64,000 nt of DNA from an uncultured Phycisphaerales bacterium. GTDB lineage: Bacteria; Planctomycetota; Phycisphaerae; Tepidisphaerales; Tepidisphaeraceae. The notes under the pieces were generated by a model. It did no database searches and was not told the DNA's origin. It worked only from the letters and a program-made list of their open reading frames with translations. Positions within the stretch are counted from its first letter, which is position 1, and every line of letters starts with the position of its first letter. The stretch spans positions 1,024,001-1,088,000 of the forward strand of contig CAVWVQ010000003.1 of the NCBI GenBank assembly GCA_963758525.1. Reading direction: 5' to 3'. Made by a program: the position numbers and the translations under genes. Of the stretch, positions 22,101-30,997 are shown in pieces.

Positions 22101-23562
22101 AATCGCGCACCATCGTCTGGCGGTGGCACTGGCATCCACCGGGTGCGAGATTGTCCCCATCGCCATCTCGCCCGACGTGACGCCGGCGCGGCTCTCCAGC
22201 GAGAAGATCATTGAGGCTATCACGCAGCATGCGCCCGATCTGGTCGTCATCGGAAACATTCACGGCGCCAGCCTCTCCCCCACCGTGATCGGCCAGATCA
22301 GCTCCCGATGGGCGACGGTGCAGATCATTCATGATTTGTGGATGCTCACCGGGCACTGCGCCTACAACGGTGATTGCGACAAATATCTGCTGGGCTGCGA
22401 TGAGAGCTGTCCGACGCCGCATGAATATCCCGTGCTGGCGCCTCCGAAAATCCGCCCCGCGTGGGAGGCCAAGGGACAGGTCATCCTCAGCGACCATGCG
22501 CCGATCCTCGCGGGACTCAGCGGATGGACCGTGGAATTCATCAAGACAAGATTTCCGCATCTGGCGTCAGCCAATCCTCCCAAGCTGATCAACGCCCGGT
22601 GCGGCTTGCCGCCGGAATTCTTCAATGCTCCGGACAAGCGCACCGCCCGGCAATGGCTCGCGCTGCCGGAGGATAAGTTCATCATCCTCTTCTCCGCATC
22701 GAACCTCAGCGACAAACGAAAGGGGCTCGGCCGGCTCCTCGAGGCGCTGCAACTGCTTCAACTCCCCGACGTGCTGGCGGTTTGCATCGGGCACATGGAC
22801 GCGGCCGCAACAGCCGAGGGGGTGGCGGTGCGATCGATGGGATATGTCTCCGACGCATCGGAACTGGCGATGTGCTACGCCGCCGCCGATCTGTTCGTCG
22901 GTCCCAGTCACATGGAAACATTCGGACAAACCTTCATCGAAGCCGCCGCATGCGGAACCCCTTCGGTTGCCTTTGCCGTCGGCGGCGTGCCCGATGCGCT
23001 TCTTTCCGGCGCGAGCGGACGACTGGTTCATTCCGTTACCGCGCGGGCCCTGGCCGACGCGATTGAAGAACTGCATCAGAACCCGACGCTTCGCCAGAAC
23101 ATGGGCGCATGGGGCCGGCTGTGGGCCGCCAATGAATGGTCGCTCCGCTCCGCGGCGCAGCGATTTCTCTCGCAGCTCAATGCCATCGGCCTGCTCGCGC
23201 AACTTGGCGCAGCGCCCAGGACCGCTTTCCCCACCGAGCCCGCGAGCGTTCCCGCTCCAACGTATCTCGACATGCAAAACCCCGCCCGCGCCGCCGCCCC
23301 GTCCAACGGCGGCCCCATGGTGCAGGCGCGCATCGCCCGCCTCGAAGCCGAGCGAGACCAGTTGCAGGCCCGCGTCCGGCAGATCACCAACACCCGCCTG
23401 TGGCGAACCGTCTCGACCGTCTATCCCGTCTACTACCGCACGATCCACGCCTCCTATTTCCCCGGCTGGCTGCGCGGAATGGTGCAGCGCCGCGTAAGGG
23501 GGATGGCCGCCGGGCCCCCGGCGAAGGCGCCGCCTAACGGAGATGCCGGGAAGTCGCATTGA
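19129..23562 (+). CDS. Multidomain glycan synthase: sulfotransferase + coiled coil + Methyltransf_24-type methyltransferase + GT2 + GT4 (WcaC-like)
   Basis: GVPRSGTTLL (PAPS loop), DKTPRY and HRNPLDVAAS; a heptad-rich segment; EIGVYGGRS and FVDGDHSYEGV...HDY; ISIVTPTLNQG...WLNSDD; HDLWMLTGHC...CPTP and ETFGQTFIEAAACGTP. Confidence 0.9.
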   Translation: MISEQGDGLVFLLGVPRSGTTLLATMLAQHPQIVSPPEPWLMLALEAMGQTPFDHPADPQLVGEAMLKFANDDAKVVASRAYALSVYNRILADAGRSVLVDKTPRYYLILPFLKQLFPNAKYLWLHRNPLDVAASFKTTWNVDLAADMRASGANRGCMDLVLGTRTLADFADAAAPPVHRIAYEHLVAEPQRLAAEAIAFLGLEPAENLGHFELRESELAKSDFGDRKIIQTHEPHAQSVGKWEKDLPREDLQTLVDAVGAELFRRLGYQGVLSRLAELGVAEPSAEATALAQQPIQARYAERLASVQAVCTLRGAGFAGPAPRDIASLFSNPFVSLLLEMNGWRQKIVDLHREIAAQTQRAAAAESLAQEKSAEMAATASRMHGLETGLAEAYETARKLRDELDHSTSAAKNGSPGGLQSSPQAFAHVNAPDVVRDAGEDRAYRPSWSGASGMLNDEHAGIYDATKDLPGWQDPADSQKLYEMAYHSGAIILEIGVYGGRSAVVELRAALAALEKKEGSKPQFYGVDLDPMAIPRSLKSLKDAGIDQYCLLFHGTLKDFHRDVPITPTMVFVDGDHSYEGVLADLALLATFVAPGTPIMCHDYSGIPGVKRGVDEAIATGRFEVMGLFAGSILLRASSLCAGIPRGLGQRTFEQIRDALLEVYLSPEVKPESPVNHAANRQITLAARQELRIGTDVAGSSGRGQWPYVRPHADPLPATLPDGRPWPKISIVTPTLNQGKFIERTILSVLHQNYPNVEYIIMDGGSVDQTLSILARYAQRVRIISEKDTGQSNAINKGLRLCTGDLFTWLNSDDMLAPEALSSLAMGFYASGADIVAGVCQVQKDGSVVNRHMTTCGDGPLLLDDLLDLDGTWMQGQFFYQPEVMFTRAIWERAGAHVEESLHYSMDYELWLRFAEQGAKVHPIGRTIALFGVHAEQKTFRVEDFLPELRKVRDAFIARTSRRAPSARPAPAKKQLRIVFFNDLGWVVGAGIAHHRLAVALASTGCEIVPIAISPDVTPARLSSEKIIEAITQHAPDLVVIGNIHGASLSPTVIGQISSRWATVQIIHDLWMLTGHCAYNGDCDKYLLGCDESCPTPHEYPVLAPPKIRPAWEAKGQVILSDHAPILAGLSGWTVEFIKTRFPHLASANPPKLINARCGLPPEFFNAPDKRTARQWLALPEDKFIILFSASNLSDKRKGLGRLLEALQLLQLPDVLAVCIGHMDAAATAEGVAVRSMGYVSDASELAMCYAAADLFVGPSHMETFGQTFIEAAACGTPSVAFAVGGVPDALLSGASGRLVHSVTARALADAIEELHQNPTLRQNMGAWGRLWAANEWSLRSAAQRFLSQLNAIGLLAQLGAAPRTAFPTEPASVPAPTYLDMQNPARAAAPSNGGPMVQARIARLEAERDQLQARVRQITNTRLWRTVSTVYPVYYRTIHASYFPGWLRGMVQRRVRGMAAGPPAKAPPNGDAGKSH

Positions 23563-23589
23563 TCAACAACCCAACCGCCCGCACTTCAG

Positions 23590-23755
23590 TTCCTTCTCCT
23601 TCAGCCGCCTCGCTCGCGAGGCGTGTCCGGGAACCGTACCCGTCCAAGAGGATGTCGAAAACGATGCAAAGCGTGGCGGTGGAACGCCGCTGCATTATCG
23701 TGGCGCCAGCGCCGCTGGACACGCCTCGCAAGCGAGGCGGCTAAAGGAGAAGGAA
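23590..23755. repeat. REP-like inverted doublet with ~41-bp arms
   Basis: TTCCTTCTCCTTCAGCCGCCTCGCTCGCGAGGCGTGTCC (from 23590) versus GGACACGCCTCGCAAGCGAGGCGGCTAAAGGAGAAGGAA (to 23755). Each arm contains an internal palindrome. Confidence 0.85.
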
Positions 23756-23944
23756 GTGAGCGCCCGCGAACGGCATACCTTCAAGAAGGGCCTGCGCGGC
23801 AGCACCTTGTAGTGCGGGCCTCCAGGCTGCAATTGAAGCTGTGCAAAGGTAGCTTGCTCCCGTTTCATGGCATTATGCGAGCTGCTGGACGCCGCCCGCG
23901 CAATGGCGCCCGGCGATCCGGTCCCGGCTGCGGCGGCCCTCCAG

Positions 23945-24628
23945 TTAGTCCCTCGGCGTGATCACATTCAATTGAATCGCATGGCGAAAGCGGAATCCAA
24001 CCTTTTCGTACAGAAACTTCGCGGCGTTTTCGGATTTCACGTGCAGAAATGGAGTCTTGCCATCGGCAAGAGCCTGCGAGGCGAGTGAGAGCAGGAGCGA
24101 GCGGGCATGGCCGAGGCCTCGGAAGCTGGGATCGGTGCAGACGGCGCTGATCTCGGTAAAGGCGTCGAGCCGGAGGCGCTGGCCTGCCATTGCGATCAGG
24201 CGTCCTTCGTCTGAGCGGATGCCGAGATACTGGCCCATGCGAATGGTGTTGGGCAGGAACGGACCGGGCTCGGTCGCGGCGGTCAGCGCAAGCATTTCCG
24301 GTACGTCGGATTCCTTCAGGTGCAGAAGCGTTGCGGGCGACGAGCCGTTGGGCCGCTCGCAGACCATCTGATCGATCAGCCGGCTGCGAACAATCTGCCA
24401 TGTCTCTGGGATGTCGATTGGACCGGCCGTAAAAAGTCCGACGTTTTCTCCGATCGGCACGAGGCCGCGCAAATCTGAAAACGCGGCGGGCGTGGCTTCG
24501 CGCACCGCGGCCAGCGGAGATACATCGCTGGGATATCGGCGGGCGAGGCCGGACGAACGCGCGATCGACGCATGCGCGCTGGTCAACGCAAACCAGATCG
24601 GATTGTCGAGCATTCTGAAATCGGTCAT
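23945..24628 (-). CDS. GNAT acetyltransferase (FR47-like)
   Basis: LDNPIWFALT, TEPGPF, MAGQRL, EISAVCTDPSFRGLGHA and LYEKVGF motifs. Confidence 0.9.
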   Translation of the reverse strand: MTDFRMLDNPIWFALTSAHASIARSSGLARRYPSDVSPLAAVREATPAAFSDLRGLVPIGENVGLFTAGPIDIPETWQIVRSRLIDQMVCERPNGSSPATLLHLKESDVPEMLALTAATEPGPFLPNTIRMGQYLGIRSDEGRLIAMAGQRLRLDAFTEISAVCTDPSFRGLGHARSLLLSLASQALADGKTPFLHVKSENAAKFLYEKVGFRFRHAIQLNVITPRD

Positions 24629-24639
24629 CGGCCGGTCAC

Positions 24640-25392
24640 TCACCGAAATCCGCCGGTGACAAACAAGGTTTCGCCCGTGACCCATTTTGAATCATCGGTC
24701 GCGAAGTAGACGACAGCCGGCGCGATGTCGTCGGGATGACCGACGCGCCCGAGCTTCGCGCCTGCGACGTACCCTTTCGTGAAGGCACTGTCCGGATCAC
24801 CGGCGCCGGCGTTGCCTTCGGTGACCACCATGCCGGGGTTCACGGAATTGACGCGAATCTTTTTGGGTCCGAGTTCGGCGGCAAGCGTTCGCGTAATCGA
24901 ATCGACCGCGGCTTTGGTCGCCGAGTAGACGCTTGCGCCGGGAAGCGCGGCGGTTGATACAACGGAGCTGATGTTTACCACGCTTCCGCCGGCCGGGCCG
25001 AAATGTTTGACGGCTTCCTGGGTCGCCATGAGCAGCCCGAGAACGTTGAGATCGAAGTGCTCATGAAAATGCGCGGGCGTCACCTGGTCGAGCGGCGCGA
25101 ACTTATAGATGCCGGCGTTGTTCACCAGCACGTCGAGACGGGAATACGCCTTTTTCGTCTCGGCGAACAATCGCGTCACGTCGGCCTGCTTCGACATGTC
25201 TCCCTGCACCGCGATGGCTTTGCCCCCCTTCCCGGTGATCTCGGAGACAACCTTGTCAGCCCCGGCCTTGCTCGACGCATAATTGACGACGACCGCCGCG
25301 CCCTCCGCGGCAAGCTGCCGGGCGATCTCCGCTCCAAGGCCCTTCGACGCTCCGGTAACCACCGCGACTTTTCCAGATAGTTTTGCAGACAT
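24640..25392 (-). CDS. SDR family oxidoreductase
   Basis: TGASKGLG, NNAG and YSATK motifs. Confidence 0.93.
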   Translation of the reverse strand: MSAKLSGKVAVVTGASKGLGAEIARQLAAEGAAVVVNYASSKAGADKVVSEITGKGGKAIAVQGDMSKQADVTRLFAETKKAYSRLDVLVNNAGIYKFAPLDQVTPAHFHEHFDLNVLGLLMATQEAVKHFGPAGGSVVNISSVVSTAALPGASVYSATKAAVDSITRTLAAELGPKKIRVNSVNPGMVVTEGNAGAGDPDSAFTKGYVAGAKLGRVGHPDDIAPAVVYFATDDSKWVTGETLFVTGGFR

Positions 25393-25551
25393 GCCAGCTC
25401 CTGTTTCCCTGTGTGTTTCGTGTGACCCGTCAGTGTAGGCCGGCTTGTTTCCCGGATCGATGACAGGCTTCTTTAATCTGCACATCCTCCGCCTGCCGCG
25501 GTGCAAATGTCGATTCGTCGATTCTCAGATTCGCTTTCAGTTTCCCAGTTC

Positions 25552-25944
25552 TTATTTGCTTCTCGGGGTTCGAGTGCGCGGCCTGCGCGTCGCTGGAGCA
25601 CCATCGCGTGAGTTGCCTTGCAACTGCAGGTGATGCGCCTTGACGATGGCAGCGACCAATCCGGGAAATCGCTTCTCGAGCTCGGCGCATCGGGATGTGT
25701 TGTGCATCTCGACGCCCCGGCGCTCGCCACGAATCAGGCCGGCTTCGCGGAGCGCCTTGAAATGCTGCGACAGCGTTGATTTGGGAATCGCTTTCTCGCT
25801 GATGCTCAGGAAGTCGGAGCAATTGATGGGGCATTGCGAGCCGACGATTCTGGCGTAGATCGCCACCCGCACCGGGTCGGACAGTGCATGAAGGATCCCC
25901 TCGACCGTGATGTCTTCAATCGATGGATGAAAAAGCGGCCGCAT
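25552..25944 (-). CDS. ArsR/SmtB-family transcriptional regulator
   Basis: LHALSDPVR and KSTLSQHFKALREAGLI winged HTH. Confidence 0.88.
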   Translation of the reverse strand: MRPLFHPSIEDITVEGILHALSDPVRVAIYARIVGSQCPINCSDFLSISEKAIPKSTLSQHFKALREAGLIRGERRGVEMHNTSRCAELEKRFPGLVAAIVKAHHLQLQGNSRDGAPATRRPRTRTPRSK

Positions 25945-25966
25945 GAGCAATTTATTCTACTCTGGC

Positions 25967-26004
25967 TTGACTCTCAGTTCAATAGTTCTATTATTCGGAA
26001 CAAT
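25967..26004 (+). promoter_or_regulatory. Putative sigma70 promoter overlapped by an imperfect inverted repeat (candidate ArsR operator)
   Basis: TTGACT-N16-TATTAT (25967-25994) with an ATAGTTC...GAACAAT inverted repeat (25982-26004), lying between the divergent ArsR and SDR genes. Confidence 0.5.
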
Positions 26005-26074
26005 GCGACTTCAGAAGAACAAACGCGTCGTTTTCCAGTTCTGAAGGACGCACGCACACTCGAAGGAGAAGCAG

Positions 26075-26821
26075 ATGAGCAAGCTCACGGGAAAAGTCGC
26101 GGTGGTCACTGGGGCATCCAAAGGGATCGGCGCCGGCATCGCCAGGGCGCTGGCAGCGGAAGGCGCGTCGGTCGTGGTCAACTACGCCTCGAGCAAATCG
26201 GGCGCGGAGACGGTCGTCGCCGCGATTACCAAGGCCGGCGGGAAGGCCGTGGCCGTCGGCGGCGACGTCTCGAAGAAGGCGGACGCCGAGGGAATTATCG
26301 CGGCCGCCATCAAAAACTACGGCCGTCTCGACATTCTCGTGAACAACTCGGGGGTCTACGAATTCGCGCCGATCGAGGCGGTCACGGAAGAGAATTTCCA
26401 CAGGATCTTCAATATCAACGTGCTCGGCGCGATCCTCGTCACCCAGGCAGCCGTCAAACATCTTGGCGAGGGATCGAGCATCATCAACATCGGCTCGGGC
26501 GTCAGCCGGCTCACTCCGGCGGGATCGACGGTGTATACCGGCACCAAGGGCGCGCTGGACGCCATCACCGGAGTGCTCGCCCGCGAACTGGGGCCGCGAA
26601 AAATCCGCGTGAACACCATCAACCCCGGAATGGTGGAGACCGAAGGCACGCAGACCGGCGGCTTCATCGGCTCTGATTTCGAGAAGGCCCTGATTTCCCA
26701 GGCGCCGCTCGGTCGCACGGGCAAGGTCAGCGACATTGCGCCCATTGCCGTCTTCCTCGCTTCGGACGATTCCGCGTGGCTCACCGGAGAACAACTCCTC
26801 GCCACCGGCGGCATCCGCTGA
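26075..26821 (+). CDS. SDR family oxidoreductase (close paralog of 24640..25392)
   Basis: AAGGAG RBS; TGASKGIG, NNSG and YTGTK motifs. Confidence 0.93.
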   Translation: MSKLTGKVAVVTGASKGIGAGIARALAAEGASVVVNYASSKSGAETVVAAITKAGGKAVAVGGDVSKKADAEGIIAAAIKNYGRLDILVNNSGVYEFAPIEAVTEENFHRIFNINVLGAILVTQAAVKHLGEGSSIINIGSGVSRLTPAGSTVYTGTKGALDAITGVLARELGPRKIRVNTINPGMVETEGTQTGGFIGSDFEKALISQAPLGRTGKVSDIAPIAVFLASDDSAWLTGEQLLATGGIR

Positions 26822-26862
26822 TACCCCTTGGACTTCCGCGCGGAAGCTGAGAGCATGGGACC

Positions 26863-27732
26863 GTGGACGAATCTCTGCCGCGCTTCAGCATCGTCACCCC
26901 GTCGTTCAACCAGGGCCGCTACCTCCGCAGGGCGGTGCGCAGCGTGTTGCTTCAGGACTATCCGAATCTGGAATACATGGTTTTCGACGGAGGATCGACC
27001 GATGATACGCTCGAAGTGCTGCGCCCCTACGTGAATCGCCTGACGTATTTCCAGAGCGGACCTGACGGTGGGCAGGCAAATGCGATTGCCAGCGGATTCG
27101 AGCGATGCACGGGGCAAATCATGGGGTGGCTCAACAGCGACGACCTGCTCGCGCCCGGTGCGCTTCATTTCGTCGCGCAATATTTCGCGCAGCATCCGGA
27201 AGTCGACGCGATCTACTCCCATCGCTGCATAGTCGATGAGAACGGTCGGGTGATTTCCTATTGGATCCTCCCGCAACACAGCAATTATCTGATGCGACGA
27301 TGGGACATGATTCCGCAGGAAACCTGTTTCTGGCGGCGAGGCTTATTTGAGAAGTGCGGCAATCTGAACCGGTCATATCAGTTCGCGCTCGACTACGACC
27401 TTTTTCTGCGCTTCATGTCGGCGGGGCGGTTCGTGCGCGTCGATCGTGTGCTGGGCGCATTTCGCAAGCACAAACAGTCCAAGACGTTGCGGCTCCTGCG
27501 AACCGAAGGACGCGCTGAGATTCGTGCCGTGCGGCAGCAACAGGCCGTCAAGATCTCACTGCCGGAAAAGCTCGTCGGCGCGCTGTTCTTCCGATGGGTT
27601 ATCGGTCGTGGCTGGTGGCATGCCATGCATCGCGGAAGCCTCGCCGGGGCTTTGCCTGGCGTGGGTTATGACTATGACGCAGTCTGGGACGGTCGCCTGG
27701 GCGAGCCCGATCCGGTTGAGGCGGCAAAGTGA
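26863..27732 (+). CDS. GT2 glycosyltransferase
   Basis: FSIVTPSFNQG, DGGSTD, WLNSDD and ALDYDLFLR motifs. Confidence 0.9.
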   Translation: MDESLPRFSIVTPSFNQGRYLRRAVRSVLLQDYPNLEYMVFDGGSTDDTLEVLRPYVNRLTYFQSGPDGGQANAIASGFERCTGQIMGWLNSDDLLAPGALHFVAQYFAQHPEVDAIYSHRCIVDENGRVISYWILPQHSNYLMRRWDMIPQETCFWRRGLFEKCGNLNRSYQFALDYDLFLRFMSAGRFVRVDRVLGAFRKHKQSKTLRLLRTEGRAEIRAVRQQQAVKISLPEKLVGALFFRWVIGRGWWHAMHRGSLAGALPGVGYDYDAVWDGRLGEPDPVEAAK

Positions 27733-27799
27733 GGCAAATGGGCGGGGCAGCAACATCTGACATTCGTCGGCGTCGATCAATTCGGTTACACTATCGAGC

Positions 27800-28666
27800 G
27801 TGCGATCCGTCCTTGCCGATTCCGTTTCGCGCCCGGTGATGGTTTCCATCCCGCCCAGTCCGCCAAGACCGCGCGTGCTGGCAATCGTTCCTGTATTTAA
27901 CGAACGCAATTCCGTCGCCAAGGTGGTGCATCGCCTGCGGCGGGCGCTGCCGGAGATCGACGTGCTCGTCATCGACGACGGCTCCACCGACGATACCGCC
28001 CGGCAGGTTCCCTGCGGAACGCCAGTGGTCAGTCTTCCATTCAACCTGGGTATCGGCGGCGCGATGCAGACCGGCTACCGCTATGCCGCGTTGTATGGCT
28101 ACAACATTGCCGTCCAGGTTGACGGCGACGGACAGCACCGCCCTTCGGAAGTGCGGCGCCTGGTCGAGGTGCTGCTCGAAGGCAACGTCGATCTGGTCGT
28201 CGGCTCGCGTTTTCTGGAAACGACGAAATTCTATCAGACCCCGCCGCGCAAGCTCGGCGCCTGGATGCTGCGGGCGCTGATCCGCCAGCTCTCGGGCCTT
28301 ACCATGACTGACTGCACGAGCGGCTTCCGCGCCGCCAATGCCAATGTCATTCGCGCATTCGCCCACTGGTATCCCGAGGATTATCCCGAGCCTGAAGTCA
28401 TTCTTTTGCTGCACCGCGCTGGATATCGCGTGGGTGAGCTTGCGGTGCGCATGCGCCACCGCCGAACCGGACGCACCAGCATCGGGCTGATGCGCGGCCT
28501 GTTCTATGTTGTGAAAGTCGCGGTCTGCCTGCTGCTGGACCTGGTCCGCGAGCCTTGGCCGAGCGGGAAGGTGGGAAAATCAGATGAACCTGTTCCGGAG
28601 CATCTCTCTGCTGGCGATCGGTGGCAGCCTGCTGCTTTTGGCCGTACTCCGTCTTCGCAAGTATAA
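27800..28666 (+). CDS. DPM1-like GT2 glycosyltransferase (true 3' end probably ~28587)
   Basis: IVPVFNE, DDGSTD, NLGIGGAMQTG, VDGDGQH and DCTSGFRA motifs. The 83-nt overlap with the next gene would become a canonical ATGA overlap after a 1-nt indel. Confidence 0.85.
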   Translation: MRSVLADSVSRPVMVSIPPSPPRPRVLAIVPVFNERNSVAKVVHRLRRALPEIDVLVIDDGSTDDTARQVPCGTPVVSLPFNLGIGGAMQTGYRYAALYGYNIAVQVDGDGQHRPSEVRRLVEVLLEGNVDLVVGSRFLETTKFYQTPPRKLGAWMLRALIRQLSGLTMTDCTSGFRAANANVIRAFAHWYPEDYPEPEVILLLHRAGYRVGELAVRMRHRRTGRTSIGLMRGLFYVVKVAVCLLLDLVREPWPSGKVGKSDEPVPEHLSAGDRWQPAAFGRTPSSQV

Positions 28667-28952
28667 GCTCAAAGAGCGCTACACCATCCTCTTCCTCCTC
28701 ATCGGCACGCCCTTTCTCCTCCTGGCGTTCCGCCCCGACACCGTCGGCTGGCTTGCCATGCGCCTGGGCATTCAATACACCACCTTCGCCCTGATCTGCG
28801 TCTCCGCATTTCTGTTTCTCATCGTCTTCGAGCTGCTGTCAATCGTGAGCGTGCAGGATCAGAAGATTAACGCCCTCGCCCAGCTGGTCGCGATTCTGAT
28901 GGAGAAACAGAAACTCGCGGAGCAACCGCCGCAGGATATCACCAATCGATAA
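28584..28952 (+). CDS. DUF2304-like small membrane protein
   Basis: LRKYKLKERY, three TM helices and an amphipathic KINALAQLVAI tail. It has the usual position downstream of a DPM1-like GT2. Confidence 0.8.
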   Translation: MNLFRSISLLAIGGSLLLLAVLRLRKYKLKERYTILFLLIGTPFLLLAFRPDTVGWLAMRLGIQYTTFALICVSAFLFLIVFELLSIVSVQDQKINALAQLVAILMEKQKLAEQPPQDITNR

Positions 28953-29020
28953 CGGCCCTGAGAACCGCTCCGCGCTCAAAAACGGTTTCAGAAACGCAGT
29001 TTTCGATCACCACTCCGAGT

Positions 29021-29083
29021 CTGAGGTACACCGAAGGCTCGCATTCCCCGGCCGCTCGATCCGAGCTTTCGGCGTACCTCAGG
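29021..29083. repeat. REP-like inverted repeat (CTGAGGTAC.CCGAAG...TTTCGG.GTACCTCAG)
   Basis: Direct reading of an imperfect hairpin in the intergenic region. Confidence 0.65.
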
Positions 29084-29416
29084 CTCGGCGTCAGGTTGTG
29101 TAACCGGATCTGAATCGCGAGGTCCGCACGCGCTGCATTGCGTCGGCATGTCGCAGCGTTGCAGGCTCAGGCAGCGCCTCTCGCCCGCCGTGCTTCGATG
29201 TCATTCTGAAATGGGCCGCGCAGCAGACGCCATTGCGATTTCAGATTCCAGTTGAGCTCCCTTGCCCGCTCGCAATGCGCGATTTCTCTGGAAGAAGAAT
29301 CCTCGCGCAAACATCTGCGGCGTCCGGTTTGCATCGCTCCCAGCATGCCGCGTTTCACGCCGCAATGTCATCATTTGTACTTCCGGAAACCCCGGACCAG
29401 CTTAAGGAGATCCACC

Positions 29417-30300
29417 ATGACTCGAAGAATTCACGCCATACTCGCTCTCGCCGCCAGCGCCACGCTTGGAGCCGGAACGCTGCTGGCAGCGGATCCGCAA
29501 GTGACCGTGCCCAACGACAGCCAGGCCGGTCGCGAGGCATCCCGCGACAGGGCGCCGGCGCGCAGCCGACGGCTGACGAGGCAGCTTCTACCGATCAGCA
29601 GATCAAGTCGCAGCTCACCTCGATCGCACAGGATCCGTCAACTGCTCCCGACAAGCTGTTTATTTTGAACAGCGCAATCGACAGCCAGTGCGAGGTCAAC
29701 CTGAGCCAGATCGCACAGTCGCGCTCGAGCGATCCGCAGGTGCAGAAGCTGGCCGCCCGCATGATTCAGGACCACGATACATTGAACCAGCGGCTGCAGC
29801 AGACCGGCCAGGAGCTGGGCGTGCAGGTCCCGCAGTCTGTGCCCTCGATGAAATACCAGGAAGCGCAGATCTTCTCCTCGCTCTCGGGCAAGACTCTTGA
29901 TCAGCAATACCTCGCCGATATGAACGCCAGCCACGCCAAGGCCATCGCATGTTTCGAGGCAGCCAGCACGCTCTCACAAAACCCGCGCGTGAAACAGCTC
30001 GCCACGGAGACCCTGCCGACACTGCACGAGCACCGACGCATGGTGCAGCAGGTCGCCAGCTCGATGGGAATCAATTTCCGTCAGGGCGACGAGGCGATGC
30101 CAGCCGGCGCGCATATGCGCGGCGACAATTCGGCTAACGATTCCTCGGCCAATAACAGCAACCCGAATAATCCGGGCAACCAAGGCAATCCGATCGGCGC
30201 CACAACGCCGGGCTCGGGGTACAACAACACCTCGGGTGTGGGTTCCACAGCCGGCAATTCGCCGCTGGGAGTGCATACGACGGACAAGAACGGCCGCTGA
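29417..30300 (+). CDS. Secreted DUF4142 domain protein; apparent frameshift near 29560
   Basis: AAGGAG + ATG at 29417 gives the signal peptide MTRRIHAILALAASATLG. A second frame carries the DUF4142 motifs (VQKLAARMIQDH, LDQQYL, ETLPTLHEH). Confidence 0.78.
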
Positions 30301-30330
30301 ACGATCTTCAGCGCCTCCGAATCTTCCAGG

Positions 30331-30366
30331 CGACAGCGGCGACCGCGAGGGTCGCCGCTGTCGTTT
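30331..30366 (+). terminator. Probable intrinsic terminator
   Basis: 14-bp perfect stem CGACAGCGGCGACC / GGTCGCCGCTGTCG followed by TTT, 30 nt after the DUF4142 stop. Confidence 0.65.
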
Positions 30367-30648
30367 GCAATCCGATTCCGCTCCCGAAACGAATGTTGGT
30401 TCCGCATGGAATTAAGCTGATAGATACCGACGCCACGAGGGCCGGCATCTATGTAGCACGGCCGTCTCGGCTGTGGCTTTGGGATCACAGCCGGGACGGC
30501 TGTGCTACAGATGGATCCCTTCGGGCGCGGGTCGTGGGTGTTGAGCAGTTTCTTGCTGCGGCCTTCGACCCCGCCACACGTCAGGGCCCGACGCAGGCCA
30601 TTACGCTCGGCGAATTTATGCAGCCGGCAAACCAGTGCGCAGCGGCTG

Positions 30649-30852
30649 CTACATCCGTCGAATCCGGAGATAGCGCTGCAACTCCGGATACATCCAGACG
30701 AACGCGGCCAGGCCAATTGCGATAAGAATCATCCCGCTGATCGAGAGAGGCCGGCTCAGCACCGAGCTCGATCTGCCGTTGTACTCATCTGATGCGCTGT
30801 GAATCATCTCGTAAGGACGCCGAATTGCTTCCTTTATCAGGCTCATGATCAT
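30649..30852 (-). CDS. Small single-TM protein ending PELQRYLRIRRM
   Basis: GGAGG RBS upstream, one hydrophobic helix and a basic C-terminal motif. Confidence 0.65.
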   Translation of the reverse strand: MIMSLIKEAIRRPYEMIHSASDEYNGRSSSVLSRPLSISGMILIAIGLAAFVWMYPELQRYLRIRRM

Positions 30853-30997
30853 GCCTCCGATTTTTTGCCTGTGTCGTTGAAATCACGGCCGCGGCGCGGA
30901 TTCGCGCGCTCGCGATGAACGATCGCAAGCACTGCTCTATAGTCACGTGGATGTCCCCGCCCCGTCAGCCAGTAAAATGCGCGGATTTCAGGAATTC

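Noticed and set aside
30393..30725. Plus-strand ORF between the DUF4142 terminator and the small TM gene
   Set aside because: It has no clear RBS/start or recognisable motif, and it overlaps the better-supported minus-strand gene.
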